64,000 bases of DNA from an uncultured Muribaculaceae bacterium. Lineage in GTDB: Bacteria; Bacteroidota; Bacteroidia; Bacteroidales; UBA932. Position 1 is the first letter of the stretch. Every line of letters starts with the position of its first letter. Below the pieces are notes generated by a model. The model worked only from the letters and a program-made list of their open reading frames with translations, did no database searches and was not told the origin of the DNA. The translations under genes and the position numbers were made by a program. The stretch lies in NCBI GenBank assembly GCA_964383385.1, contig CAYLGW010000006.1, forward strand, positions 21,113 through 85,112. Reading direction: 5' to 3'. Of this stretch, positions 1-9,291 are shown one piece after another.

Positions 1-902
1 TTTTCATAAGCAGAAAGACGAGCCTTCGACTTTGCCTGACGAGCCTTTGGAGCCATTCTAACCCACTCCAATTCCCGTTCAAGAGTCTTCCTCCTCTTAC
101 TCTCCTGCTTCTCCTCCTGAGCCAGCCTATTCGCCTTCTGCTCCAGCCATGAGGAGTAATTACCCTTCCATGGTATACCCTCTCCTCTGTCGAGTTCAAG
201 AATCCATCCGGCAACATTATCGAGAAAATAACGATCGTGAGTAACCGCTATAACCGTACCTTTGTACTTCTGCAAATGCGCCTCAAGCCACTGTACACTC
301 TCAGTATCGAGATGATTGGTAGGTTCATCGAGTAAAAGAATATCTGGTTCCTGCAAAAGAAGCCTGCAAAGAGCAACCCTTCTGCGTTCTCCTCCCGACA
401 AGTTTTTTACCGGAGCATCCGCATCTGGGCACATGAGAGCATCCATCGCTCTTTCGAGCTTATTATCTATCTCCCAACCATTAACATGATCTATCTTCTC
501 TGTCAACTCTCCCTGCTTCTCAATAAGTTTTGCCATTTCATCATCGCTCATAGGCTCGGCAAACTTTGCATTCACCGCCTCATACTCCTTCATTAGATCC
601 ACAACACTCCGAACACCCTCCTCTACAACCTGCTTAACACTCTTTGTGTCGTCAAGATGAGGCTCTTGTTCGAGATAACCCACACTGTAACCCGGAGCAA
701 AAACTACCTCGCCCTGGTACGATTTCTCAACATCCGCAATAATTTTTAAAAGAGTCGATTTACCGGATCCGTTCAGACCGATGATACCAATTTTAGCACC
801 ATAAAAAAAGGAGAGGTAAATATCCTTTAAAATTACCTTATTGTTGTGCGGCAATATCTTGCCCACACCATTCATAGAAAAAATTATCTTTTCGTCCGCC
901 AT
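1..902 (-). CDS. ettA: ABC-F ATPase, energy-dependent translational throttle EttA (N-terminal ~300 aa; C-terminus lies beyond the window edge)
   Basis: My minus-strand translation from the ATG at 900-902 gives MADEKIIFSMNGVGKILP...GLNGSGKSTLL...LSGGERRRVALCRLLL...LLLDEPTNHLD...AGWILELDRGEGIPWKGNYSSWLEQK. It is collinear with E. coli EttA (Walker A, ABC signature, Walker B). Confidence 0.88.
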   Translation of the reverse strand, partial: MADEKIIFSMNGVGKILPHNNKVILKDIYLSFFYGAKIGIIGLNGSGKSTLLKIIADVEKSYQGEVVFAPGYSVGYLEQEPHLDDTKSVKQVVEEGVRSVVDLMKEYEAVNAKFAEPMSDDEMAKLIEKQGELTEKIDHVNGWEIDNKLERAMDALMCPDADAPVKNLSGGERRRVALCRLLLQEPDILLLDEPTNHLDTESVQWLEAHLQKYKGTVIAVTHDRYFLDNVAGWILELDRGEGIPWKGNYSSWLEQKANRLAQEEKQESKRRKTLERELEWVRMAPKARQAKSKARLSAYE

Positions 903-904
903 AT

Positions 905-1450
905 TTATATATCTATCTCATTTAGCTCGCAAAGATATCTTTTTTTTATAAATGCAGCATACTCATTCCCCTCATACTCTCTTAAAACATTTTGAAAAGT
1001 ACGCTTACTTTTAAACCCCGAGATATATATTGCATCCTCTATTAGTACATCGGCATCCTCTTTCAGTAATTTTGCCATAAAAATAATACGCTGTCCGTTA
1101 ATATAAGAATTAAACCCGTTTTTCGATTTCATGGCATTAGAGATATACGTCCTATTAGTACCCACTTCACGAGCAATTTTTTCCATTTTAATATCCGGAT
1201 CCAAGAAAGCCCGCTTAGAGATGATATAATTATCTATCCTCTCCTCCACTCCCTCCAAAAAAGAGCTCCTCTTAAAAGAGATCTGACATTCCTGAACATT
1301 ACCTATAGTATTATAGTAACGATCGTAAAGATCATCTATAATAACATTATCGCCGATAACAACGGATTTTAATGAAATAAGGCGGAAATTTCTCCAAAAG
1401 AGCAAAGAACGAAAAAAACAGAAAATCAGCCCCCTACGAAAAATAGTCAT
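905..1450 (-). CDS. small AraC-family HTH protein with a hydrophobic N-terminus
   Basis: The C-terminal ~100 aa (IAREVGTNRTYISNAMK...ISGFKSKRTFQNVLREY) has an AraC-type HTH pattern. It has an ATG start and overlaps the upstream paralog by 17 nt. Confidence 0.6.
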   Translation of the reverse strand: MTIFRRGLIFCFFRSLLFWRNFRLISLKSVVIGDNVIIDDLYDRYYNTIGNVQECQISFKRSSFLEGVEERIDNYIISKRAFLDPDIKMEKIAREVGTNRTYISNAMKSKNGFNSYINGQRIIFMAKLLKEDADVLIEDAIYISGFKSKRTFQNVLREYEGNEYAAFIKKRYLCELNEIDI

Positions 1451-2006
1451 CGATATTCACAGTTAAATTATTAGCCTTTTTGTTATTAATCTCCTTGCAC
1501 CAAAGAACAGGAGAATATCCGGTGTTTGTTCTGAAGGCACTGCAAAAAGAGGTAATAGTCTTAAAGCCGCACTGAAGCGAGATATCATAAATGGAGATAG
1601 TCCTATCATTTACATAACGTCTGCAAATCTCCCTTGTCCTATAATAATTTACAAATTGATTAAAGTTTTTTGAAAGCCGTCTATTAAGAATTTTAGACAA
1701 AATCGTTCTATTTGTATGTACAAGTTTAGATATGTCACCTATCCGAATTGAACTATCCAAAAAGGGTCGATTATTTTCAAATAGAGAGATTAGCTCCGCA
1801 ACAATACGGGCATCGTCGGGGAATTGGTCAAGTGGCTTTACTACCTCTTCAGCAACATTTGACCCTACAGTATGAAGAGCCTTATAAGGCAAATCGAGAT
1901 ACTGCCGTTTTTGATTCTTTAGTGATCTTTGTGCCTTAAACCGCCACACAAAAATAATAATCACGGGCAGGAGTATGGCAATTGATAAGATTTGGACCAT
2001 TTTCAT
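1434..2006 (-). CDS. membrane-anchored AraC-family HTH protein
   Basis: N-terminal TM helix (ILSIAILLPVIIIFVW) followed by an AraC HTH (ISKLVHTNRTILSKILN...QCGFKTITSFCSAFRTNTGYSP). Confidence 0.65.
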   Translation of the reverse strand: MKMVQILSIAILLPVIIIFVWRFKAQRSLKNQKRQYLDLPYKALHTVGSNVAEEVVKPLDQFPDDARIVAELISLFENNRPFLDSSIRIGDISKLVHTNRTILSKILNRRLSKNFNQFVNYYRTREICRRYVNDRTISIYDISLQCGFKTITSFCSAFRTNTGYSPVLWCKEINNKKANNLTVNIDDYFS

Positions 2007-2131
2007 AAGCCAGATGTGTTAAGTGATTAATTACATAACAAATATAATTCACTTAGCATGAAAAAATAGTCCTTTACTTCAATAACTGAGAGATATTTTT
2101 TCTGAATTTTTAAAAAATTATTTTAAAAAAA

Positions 2132-2953
2132 TTACCATGAACCACCGGCACCTCCGCCTCCAAAACTGCCCCCTCCGAATCCCCCAAATCCGCCTCCGCC
2201 GAAAGAACCTCCGCCGAATGAACCGCGTCGACCGGAGCCGCTCAACAATGATCCCAGAAGGAGAGCATCTACCGCATTAAGATTTTTACCTCTACCTCCG
2301 CCCATATTTTTCGGGCCATTCTTTGAACCTCTCGATATGAGAATTACAATAAATAGAATGAAGAGAAGAAATAAAATACCGGCAACTACTCCCCCCTCTT
2401 CATCCTCTTTAGAGAACTCATCGGACGATATTTCACCCTTTACAAGAGGATAGATGACCTTTAGAGCCTGTTCAACACCATTATAATAGTCATTACTCCT
2501 AAAGGAAGGAATCATATACCTCTCAACTATTCTGCGGCACACAGCATCGGTCAAAACACCCTCCAAGCCATATCCGGTTGCTATAAAGACTTCTCCTTTA
2601 GAATTTCCCACCTTGGGCTTCACGAGAATTACGACTCCATTGTTAAACTTCTTTTGCCCCACACCCCATTTTATACCGATTTCAAATGCAAGTTCGGATT
2701 TATCCATCCCGTATAACTCCGGAACGGTAACAACGACAATCTGGTTAGAGGTGTTTTTTGCAAACTGCTCAAGAGAATTCTCCATCTCCGCTACCTGTCC
2801 GGAATCAAAAATTCCGGCAAAGTCATTTACTAATCTTGCAGGTGATGGTCTCTGTGGTACTTGAGCACTCAGTACCGCCACAGACAACGCAAAAAAACAA
2901 ATTATTGCTACTATATACTTATTTGCCAAAAGAGATCTCATCTGGTTGCTCAT
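2132..2953 (-). CDS. TPM-domain protein (YgcG-like): signal peptide, TM helix, Gly-rich tail
   Basis: Signal peptide, TPM-like core (VNDFAGIF...QIVVVTV...GVVILV), a TM segment, and the tail GSFGGGSFGGGGFGGFGGGSFGGGGAGGSW. Confidence 0.72.
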   Translation of the reverse strand: MSNQMRSLLANKYIVAIICFFALSVAVLSAQVPQRPSPARLVNDFAGIFDSGQVAEMENSLEQFAKNTSNQIVVVTVPELYGMDKSELAFEIGIKWGVGQKKFNNGVVILVKPKVGNSKGEVFIATGYGLEGVLTDAVCRRIVERYMIPSFRSNDYYNGVEQALKVIYPLVKGEISSDEFSKEDEEGGVVAGILFLLFILFIVILISRGSKNGPKNMGGGRGKNLNAVDALLLGSLLSGSGRRGSFGGGSFGGGGFGGFGGGSFGGGGAGGSW

Positions 2954-3356
2954 TAATATCGTCTGATTTATAAGGAAAATACCTTTTCAATGATTCTCCC
3001 GCTGTTAATATTGCCGTTTTAAGACCCTCTGCATAATGCTGTCTACAGAAATCCGAGGCCATTTTTGCTTTAATTTTATCCCAGAAGTCGTCCGGTACAG
3101 CATTATTGATACCCTCATCCCCAATTATTGCAAACTTCTGACTCTTTACAGCAACATAGATAAGGACTCCATTTCTAGCCACGGTTTTATACATCTTAAG
3201 ATAATTAAAGATGTATACGGCCCGGTCATATGGATTTGATTTACATGTAGATTCTATATGGACTCTTATCTCACCGGAGGTATTAAGCTCCGCCTCCTTT
3301 ATAGCAGCTACAATCTTTTCGTTATCGGCCAGAGATATGAACTCTTTCAGATCCAT
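2919..3356 (-). CDS. TPM-domain protein (cytoplasmic type)
   Basis: 145 aa with TPM-like motifs (SGEIRVHIE...NGVLIYVAVKSQKFAIIGDEGI). It sits between LemA and the YgcG-like gene, the usual position in this conserved triad. Confidence 0.68.
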   Translation of the reverse strand: MDLKEFISLADNEKIVAAIKEAELNTSGEIRVHIESTCKSNPYDRAVYIFNYLKMYKTVARNGVLIYVAVKSQKFAIIGDEGINNAVPDDFWDKIKAKMASDFCRQHYAEGLKTAILTAGESLKRYFPYKSDDINEQPDEISFGK

Positions 3357-3947
3357 TTAGAACTGAACTTTAGGCGCAACCTCTGACCCCTTCTGAGCTT
3401 CAAAATAAGGCTTCTGTGAGAAACCGAACAGAGCTGCAAAGATATTTTTAGGGAATTGTCTTATAAGTGTATTATAAACTTTTGCAGCCTCATTGAATTT
3501 ATTACGTTCAACAGAAATTCTATTCTCTGTCCCCTCTAATTGGGATTGCAGTTCAAGAAAATTCTGATTAGCTTTGAGATCCGGATAATTTTCCTGAATC
3601 ATCATAAGTTTTCCGAGTGCGGCTCCAAGTTCGCCCTGAGCTCTCTGGTATTTTGCAATAGCTTCCGGAGATAAATTCTGAGGATCTATCGTAATTTGAG
3701 TAGCCTTTGCTCTCGCCTCAACAACAGCCTCCAAAGTTGAGCTCTCGTGTGCGGCATAACCCTTAACAGTATTAACCAAATTAGGAATAAGATCGGCTCT
3801 GCGCTGGTAAACATTTTCTACCTGCCCCCATGCCGTTTTTACCCCTTCATCCTCTCTGACCATAGAGTTATATGAACCCTTAATCCACAAAAACAGTATT
3901 ACAACAACTGCTAAAATAACCAATAATGTTACTGTACCTTTTTTCAT
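3357..3947 (-). CDS. lemA: LemA family protein
   Basis: N-terminal TM helix plus LemA motifs (YNSMV...VENVYQRRADLIPNLV...ESSTL...RISVERNKFNEAAKVYN). Confidence 0.85.
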   Translation of the reverse strand: MKKGTVTLLVILAVVVILFLWIKGSYNSMVREDEGVKTAWGQVENVYQRRADLIPNLVNTVKGYAAHESSTLEAVVEARAKATQITIDPQNLSPEAIAKYQRAQGELGAALGKLMMIQENYPDLKANQNFLELQSQLEGTENRISVERNKFNEAAKVYNTLIRQFPKNIFAALFGFSQKPYFEAQKGSEVAPKVQF

Positions 3948-3980
3948 ATTATAAAAAATTAGATATTCTATTAAGTAAAT

Positions 3981-5000
3981 TTATCTCTTCTTCACACATC
4001 TTATTGATGAGGCAAAGCTATCCTTGGAGGTATAATTCATTGGGAAAGTCTCTTGAGAATGGAATAAATATCTGTATTGCGCCTTATCGGAAGCATATTC
4101 GGTAGAAGACCACCAAAAACCATAGGCGTATATACCCGAATATCTGTTGTACCCGTCGGTGCTTGAACCTGCAGAGATAGCATTCCATCCATAATCATTA
4201 GAGGGTTCAAAAAGTCCGTTATATGGCCAGAAAGAATGCTCCGTATTTAGATACGCCTTTACCATAACTTTCCGGGCCAGACCCGACCAGTCATCTATAA
4301 ATGCAACTGCAACACCTCCGTTTAATGTCTTTCCAAAATCCTCCCAATCCGCATTTGTAGGAATAGACCATCCCTGCGGACATACACCCTGAGGGCCTTG
4401 TCCCAATCCGTTTTTAGAGATTCCGCCGGTAGCATCCTCCCATGTATATAATCTTCCAAGTGCATATCCGGCATCATCCGCTTTACTGTATCCCTCTCCC
4501 GCTCCGGCCCAATTCAGATTATTGGTAAACCATATCAGATTACCTATCTCTTTGATATAGTACCATTGTCCGTCTCTGGAGTCCATAATAGAATCCTTTG
4601 GCTCCGGGAATCCTGTAAGGCTGTTCCCATAGCCTCTCTTTAAAAATGTTATCTCCTTTGAGGCTGAAATCTGATAGTATCCTTTAGCCTTGGCAATTAA
4701 AGAGACGCTGAACGTACCTAACGTATCAGGAATTGTAATCTGTACCGACTGTCCCCACAAAGTATCACTGATAAAATCTGCATTGTACCACCCGTATCTT
4801 ACTCCTGATTCGGGATAAATTACTCCTGAGGCATTCATTTTAATAGTCGACCCAACAAGCGCAAACATAGGTACATCTGCATTGAGGCTTCCTTCGATAG
4901 ATGGAACTTCCTCTTCACTATCGCCCTTACTGCAGGACACGGAAACCATTGCAAATGCCACTGCCATTAATATAACATACTTAATTTTACCTGATTTCAT
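3981..5000 (-). CDS. lipoprotein with a Fibrobacter succinogenes major paralogous (FISUMP) domain
   Basis: Lipobox (SVSCS). The C-terminal domain has DSRDGQWYY...WFTNNLNW...YTWEDA...CPQGWSIPTNADWE...WWSSTE...IRCVKK. Confidence 0.7.
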   Translation of the reverse strand: MKSGKIKYVILMAVAFAMVSVSCSKGDSEEEVPSIEGSLNADVPMFALVGSTIKMNASGVIYPESGVRYGWYNADFISDTLWGQSVQITIPDTLGTFSVSLIAKAKGYYQISASKEITFLKRGYGNSLTGFPEPKDSIMDSRDGQWYYIKEIGNLIWFTNNLNWAGAGEGYSKADDAGYALGRLYTWEDATGGISKNGLGQGPQGVCPQGWSIPTNADWEDFGKTLNGGVAVAFIDDWSGLARKVMVKAYLNTEHSFWPYNGLFEPSNDYGWNAISAGSSTDGYNRYSGIYAYGFWWSSTEYASDKAQYRYLFHSQETFPMNYTSKDSFASSIRCVKKR

Positions 5001-5098
5001 CTGATACTTTTTGGTTTTAATTTACAAAAATGCACATTTTTTAAATGCTAAACAACTAATTGATATTTTTTCTACATTTGCTTATCTAAAATTGTGCC

Positions 5099-6127
5099 AT
5101 GCTAAAAAAAACAATATTACATATCGGGGTACTATTGGCCCTCACCATTTTTGGGTGTAAAAACAATGGGAAACAGTCTTATATAACAATAGACGGCTTC
5201 ACTCAAGGCTCAACCTATCATATCATTTACCGGGACGAAGGCGACACCGCCGTCCCATCTGATTCAATTGAGAGATACCTACGCGATATTGATTATAGTG
5301 TGTCGGGGTATAATGAAGCCTCCCTTCTCACAAAGATAAATAAGGGAGAGAATAGTCCTTTGGATAGTATTTTTACTAAACTCTTCAGAGAATCGGAAAA
5401 ATACTACAAACTGAGTAACGGTAAATTTGACATTTCAGCCGCTCCTTTGTTTGATATGTGGGGATTTGGATTTAAAGAGGGTAAAGAGGTAACTGTAAAG
5501 ATGATAGATAGTGTTAAGTGCTTTATAGGAATGGATAAGGCAAGAATCGTTACAGGAAAAGAGGGAAAAGCATACCTCCAAAGAGATGATCCTCACATGC
5601 AGTTTAATTTTAATGCGATAGCTCAAGGCTATACCTGCGATTATATTGCTGAAAAGTTTAATGCAAAGGGAATAAAAAATTATTTGATAGAGGTAGGCGG
5701 AGAGGTTTATTGTAAAGGGGTCAACAGTAAAGGGGAGAAGTGGAAAATAGGAATAGATAAGCCTATTGATGGTAATAATGTACCCGGAGAGGAGATGGAG
5801 TGCGCTCTCCTCATCTCCGACAAAGGCCTCGTTACCTCCGGAAACTACAGGAAATTTTATATAAAAGAGGGTAAAAAGTACTCCCACACTATAGATCCAA
5901 TATCGGGATACCCTGTAAGCCACTCACTACTCTGTGCAACAGTTATTGCAAATGATGCCACCACGGCAGATGCTCTTGCCACCTATTTTATGGTTATAGG
6001 GCTCGAGGAGGCAAAAAAATATCTCGACGCTAACCCTAATCTTCAGGCACTTCTAATTTATGAAGAGAACGGCAAGATAAAAACCTTTTATACCGATAAA
6101 TTAGAGATTATTAATTTCGACAAATAA
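5099..6127 (+). CDS. apbE: FAD:protein FMN transferase (ApbE family lipoprotein)
   Basis: Lipobox (IFGCK) and ApbE motifs (TIDGFTQGSTYHI, DISAAPL, NAIAQGY, SGNYRKFY...YSHTIDPISGYP). Confidence 0.85.
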   Translation: MLKKTILHIGVLLALTIFGCKNNGKQSYITIDGFTQGSTYHIIYRDEGDTAVPSDSIERYLRDIDYSVSGYNEASLLTKINKGENSPLDSIFTKLFRESEKYYKLSNGKFDISAAPLFDMWGFGFKEGKEVTVKMIDSVKCFIGMDKARIVTGKEGKAYLQRDDPHMQFNFNAIAQGYTCDYIAEKFNAKGIKNYLIEVGGEVYCKGVNSKGEKWKIGIDKPIDGNNVPGEEMECALLISDKGLVTSGNYRKFYIKEGKKYSHTIDPISGYPVSHSLLCATVIANDATTADALATYFMVIGLEEAKKYLDANPNLQALLIYEENGKIKTFYTDKLEIINFDK

Positions 6128-6142
6128 TAAAATAATTACACC

Positions 6143-7864
6143 ATGTACCACTCAGATGAAACCAAAAAAATCTCAAGGAGAAATTTCTTTAGACAATCAT
6201 TATTTATTGGCGGGACTGCCGGTTTCGCAATGATTGGAGGAGATTCCTCTGCCTCCATTTTAGGAGGATATATAGGTAAAGATAAGTTTGATGCCGCAAT
6301 TACTAACGGATTGGTATATTGCGGAAATGGAGAGGAACCTATAAAAGGTGGAATCGGCATAATAGATGGTAAAATTGCAGCTATAGGCAAGATAGGAGAG
6401 ACAGAGGAACTCTCACGCCAGTGCAAAACAGTAATAGATGCCAAAGGCATGGCTATAACTCCGGGATTCATAGATATTCATTCTCACTCAGATACAAATT
6501 ACTTTGATGCACCTCTCGGCGACAGCAGGATATATCAAGGTATAACAACAGATGTATGCGGTAATTGCGGAGATTCGCCCTTCCCGTACTCAGATACGGA
6601 GTTTGCAGCCAATAAAAATGAACTACGACACGGCTATCCATATTGGCAGGATGTGGAGGGATATTTCAACGCCCTACGCAAGAATAAACTCGGAGTCAAT
6701 TTTATGACTTATGTAGGATTTGGAATGTTAAGAAGCGCCGTTATTGGTAAGAACGATATTCAACCCACGGAGGAACAACTAAAAAAGATGTGCAGTCTCC
6801 TCGACAAAGAGCTGGAAGCAGGAATCCTTGGCATGAGTACCGGGCTCGAATATACTCCTGACGCCTATGCAAGTACAGAAGAGGTTGCACGGCTTTGCAA
6901 AGTAATAGCTAAACACGACGGACTCTTTGCCATTCACATGAGAAGTGAAGATGACAAAGTTGAAGAGGCCATTAGCGAGGCTATTGAGATTGCACGCAAA
7001 TCCGGTGTAAGGCTGCAAATCTCTCACCTTAAGGCTCAAAACGAACCTAACTGGGGCAAACTGCCTAATATGCTCAAACTTATAGAAGCAGCCAAGTCGA
7101 GCGGCATAGATGTAGCATTTGACCGTTACCCTTACTCGGCATTTTCCACAGGTTTGACCAGCTTCATACCTACTCAATATAGACAAGGTACAGATGAAGA
7201 GATTATGGTCCGTCTTAAAGATAATAAGCTCTCTGAAGAGATAGGTAAATACGCTCAGTCGAGAATAAAACGGCTCGGTGGGGCTAAAAATGTTCTTATT
7301 GCTGCCTGCAAAAATCCGGACAATATTCAATTCTCAGGAAAGAATCTCGAGGAGTGCTGCAAAATAAGCGGAATGGGAGAATGGCCAATGGTAAAACATC
7401 TTCTTATTTCAGAAAATCTCGGCGTTCAAATGGCCGGTTTCGCAATGAAAGAGGATAATCTCAGGACAATCTACGCCCATCCTCTATCAATGCCCGCAAG
7501 CGATGGCAGCGTATATTCTCCAAATGGACCTCTTGGAGAGGCAATACCTCACCCTCGTTCTTACGGAACAATGCCTCGTTTTCTCGGTAAATATTGCCGT
7601 CAGGAGCATATCATAGATTGGCCTACCGCAATTTATAAATGTACAGGGCTGCCTGCATCGAGGTTGCACCTAAAAAACCGCGGGCTTCTTGTACCGGGAT
7701 ATGCGGCAGATATTGTTGTATTCGATAAAGATAAAATAATAGACACGGCAACCTATATTAACCCTCATCAATTTCCCGACGGCATAGCCCATGTCTTTGT
7801 AAACGGGAATCATACTATTGACAACAAAAAATTTGTAGGATCACTAAATGGTCAGATATTGTAA
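6143..7864 (+). CDS. Tat-signal amidohydrolase, N-acyl-D-amino-acid deacylase (D-aminoacylase) family
   Basis: Twin-arginine leader (SRRNFFRQSL), metal-binding GFIDIHSHSD, and length and layout typical of D-aminoacylases. Confidence 0.72.
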   Translation: MYHSDETKKISRRNFFRQSLFIGGTAGFAMIGGDSSASILGGYIGKDKFDAAITNGLVYCGNGEEPIKGGIGIIDGKIAAIGKIGETEELSRQCKTVIDAKGMAITPGFIDIHSHSDTNYFDAPLGDSRIYQGITTDVCGNCGDSPFPYSDTEFAANKNELRHGYPYWQDVEGYFNALRKNKLGVNFMTYVGFGMLRSAVIGKNDIQPTEEQLKKMCSLLDKELEAGILGMSTGLEYTPDAYASTEEVARLCKVIAKHDGLFAIHMRSEDDKVEEAISEAIEIARKSGVRLQISHLKAQNEPNWGKLPNMLKLIEAAKSSGIDVAFDRYPYSAFSTGLTSFIPTQYRQGTDEEIMVRLKDNKLSEEIGKYAQSRIKRLGGAKNVLIAACKNPDNIQFSGKNLEECCKISGMGEWPMVKHLLISENLGVQMAGFAMKEDNLRTIYAHPLSMPASDGSVYSPNGPLGEAIPHPRSYGTMPRFLGKYCRQEHIIDWPTAIYKCTGLPASRLHLKNRGLLVPGYAADIVVFDKDKIIDTATYINPHQFPDGIAHVFVNGNHTIDNKKFVGSLNGQIL

Positions 7865-8030
7865 TTATCAGTAAAGTAAACAGAGTGCAAAACCCGATTA
7901 CTTTGCAAAGAGCCATCTCAATTTAATACTCTATACCGACCGATTTTAATAGCAATACAAATAGCGAAAAATAGTACCTAAAGATTAATTTTATTGATAA
8001 TCGCAGAGATAATATTAAACTTAACTAATT

Positions 8031-9182
8031 ATGGACAGACGCAATTTCTTTAGAATTTTATCTACTACCGGGGCCGTCCTTGCTGCCGCACCGGTTATTA
8101 GTGCCTCTGAAAAAGCCTCTGGTATTTTATTACCAAAAGCTCTGCCTGAGAACAACATGAACGATATTCTCGCAATACCGAGAACAAAAAACTCACTGCC
8201 CGGTCTTTACCCGGGTAAGGTAATTCTTGCAAGGAACGATAAAAGTGTTGTAGACGATCTCCCTCAGGAGGCAGTTGCCTACGAAATGCTAAAAAACTCC
8301 ATGCTCGCACTAACAGGATGCAAAAGCCTAAAAAAAGCATGGCGTAAATTTGTCTCTCCTAAAGAGATTATCGGACTAAAAGTGAATCCGATAGGAGATA
8401 AACTATTATCCACCTCTCACGCCGTTACAAAATCCGTAATAAAACAGCTGAAAGAGTCGGGAATCCCTGCAAAAAATATAATAATATGGGACAGGAGGCA
8501 AGAGAATCTTATAAATGCAGGTTATACTGCCGATAATTATCCCGATATTCGAATAACCTCCACTGAATATATGGATGAGAAGGGAAGTATGTATGGTGCC
8601 GACGGCAAATTGTATGGTGAATCGAGAATCAACAAACAGAGCTATTTTTACGCAGATGTTGAGGAGGAATATGATTCATATACAATGCCTTATATGATAA
8701 ACAGCGGAAAAAACTCATACCTGACAAAAATTGTTACTGATGAGGTTGATAAAATCATCAATATTCCTATTCTAAAAAATGCCGGGGCCGCTGTAACATT
8801 GTGCATGAAAAATCTGGCGTTCGGTTCCATCTCAAATACCGGCAGATTGCATAAACAGTTCTGGCATGAGACCTGCGCCATTATCCCGGCCTTTCCGGCA
8901 ATAAGAGACAAGGTAGTGCTGAATATTGCAGATGGTTTAAGAGGCTGTTTTGAAGGAGGTCCGGGAGCAAACCCTCAATATATTTGCAACTACAATTTAC
9001 TTTTGGTAGGCACAGATCCGGTGGCCGTAGATAGAATAGGCCACGATATCGTGATTAAAAAGCGGATACAGGAGGGGGTACAGAAGGCCGATAAGGCAAG
9101 CGGATATAAATATGCCACTTTGGCCGAAAGTTTCGGCCTGGGAGTAGCGGATATCTCAAAGATAAACCTTATTAATATTTAG
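8031..9182 (+). CDS. Tat-signal DUF362-like protein
   Basis: Twin-arginine leader (MDRRNFFRIL...AAAPV). The body resembles the DUF362 family (IGLKVNP..., ILKNAGAAVTLCMKNLAFG). This is a recollection-level family call. Confidence 0.5.
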   Translation: MDRRNFFRILSTTGAVLAAAPVISASEKASGILLPKALPENNMNDILAIPRTKNSLPGLYPGKVILARNDKSVVDDLPQEAVAYEMLKNSMLALTGCKSLKKAWRKFVSPKEIIGLKVNPIGDKLLSTSHAVTKSVIKQLKESGIPAKNIIIWDRRQENLINAGYTADNYPDIRITSTEYMDEKGSMYGADGKLYGESRINKQSYFYADVEEEYDSYTMPYMINSGKNSYLTKIVTDEVDKIINIPILKNAGAAVTLCMKNLAFGSISNTGRLHKQFWHETCAIIPAFPAIRDKVVLNIADGLRGCFEGGPGANPQYICNYNLLLVGTDPVAVDRIGHDIVIKKRIQEGVQKADKASGYKYATLAESFGLGVADISKINLINI

Positions 9183-9291
9183 TATCGGCTTGTAAATAGA
9201 GATTTCAAAAGGATTCCGGCCTGTTCTCCATAAAGATGGAAGAGTGCACCATAACACTATAATCATTATACATAAAATAGATAAGATTAAC

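Noticed and set aside
6242-6256. DSSAS in the Tat-amidohydrolase N-terminus could be an ApbE flavinylation motif (D..SGAT-like).
   Set aside because: The spacing of the Asp is wrong. The segment lies at the end of the Tat signal h-region, where an AxA-type signal-peptidase site is expected. No similar motif occurs in the neighbouring exported proteins.
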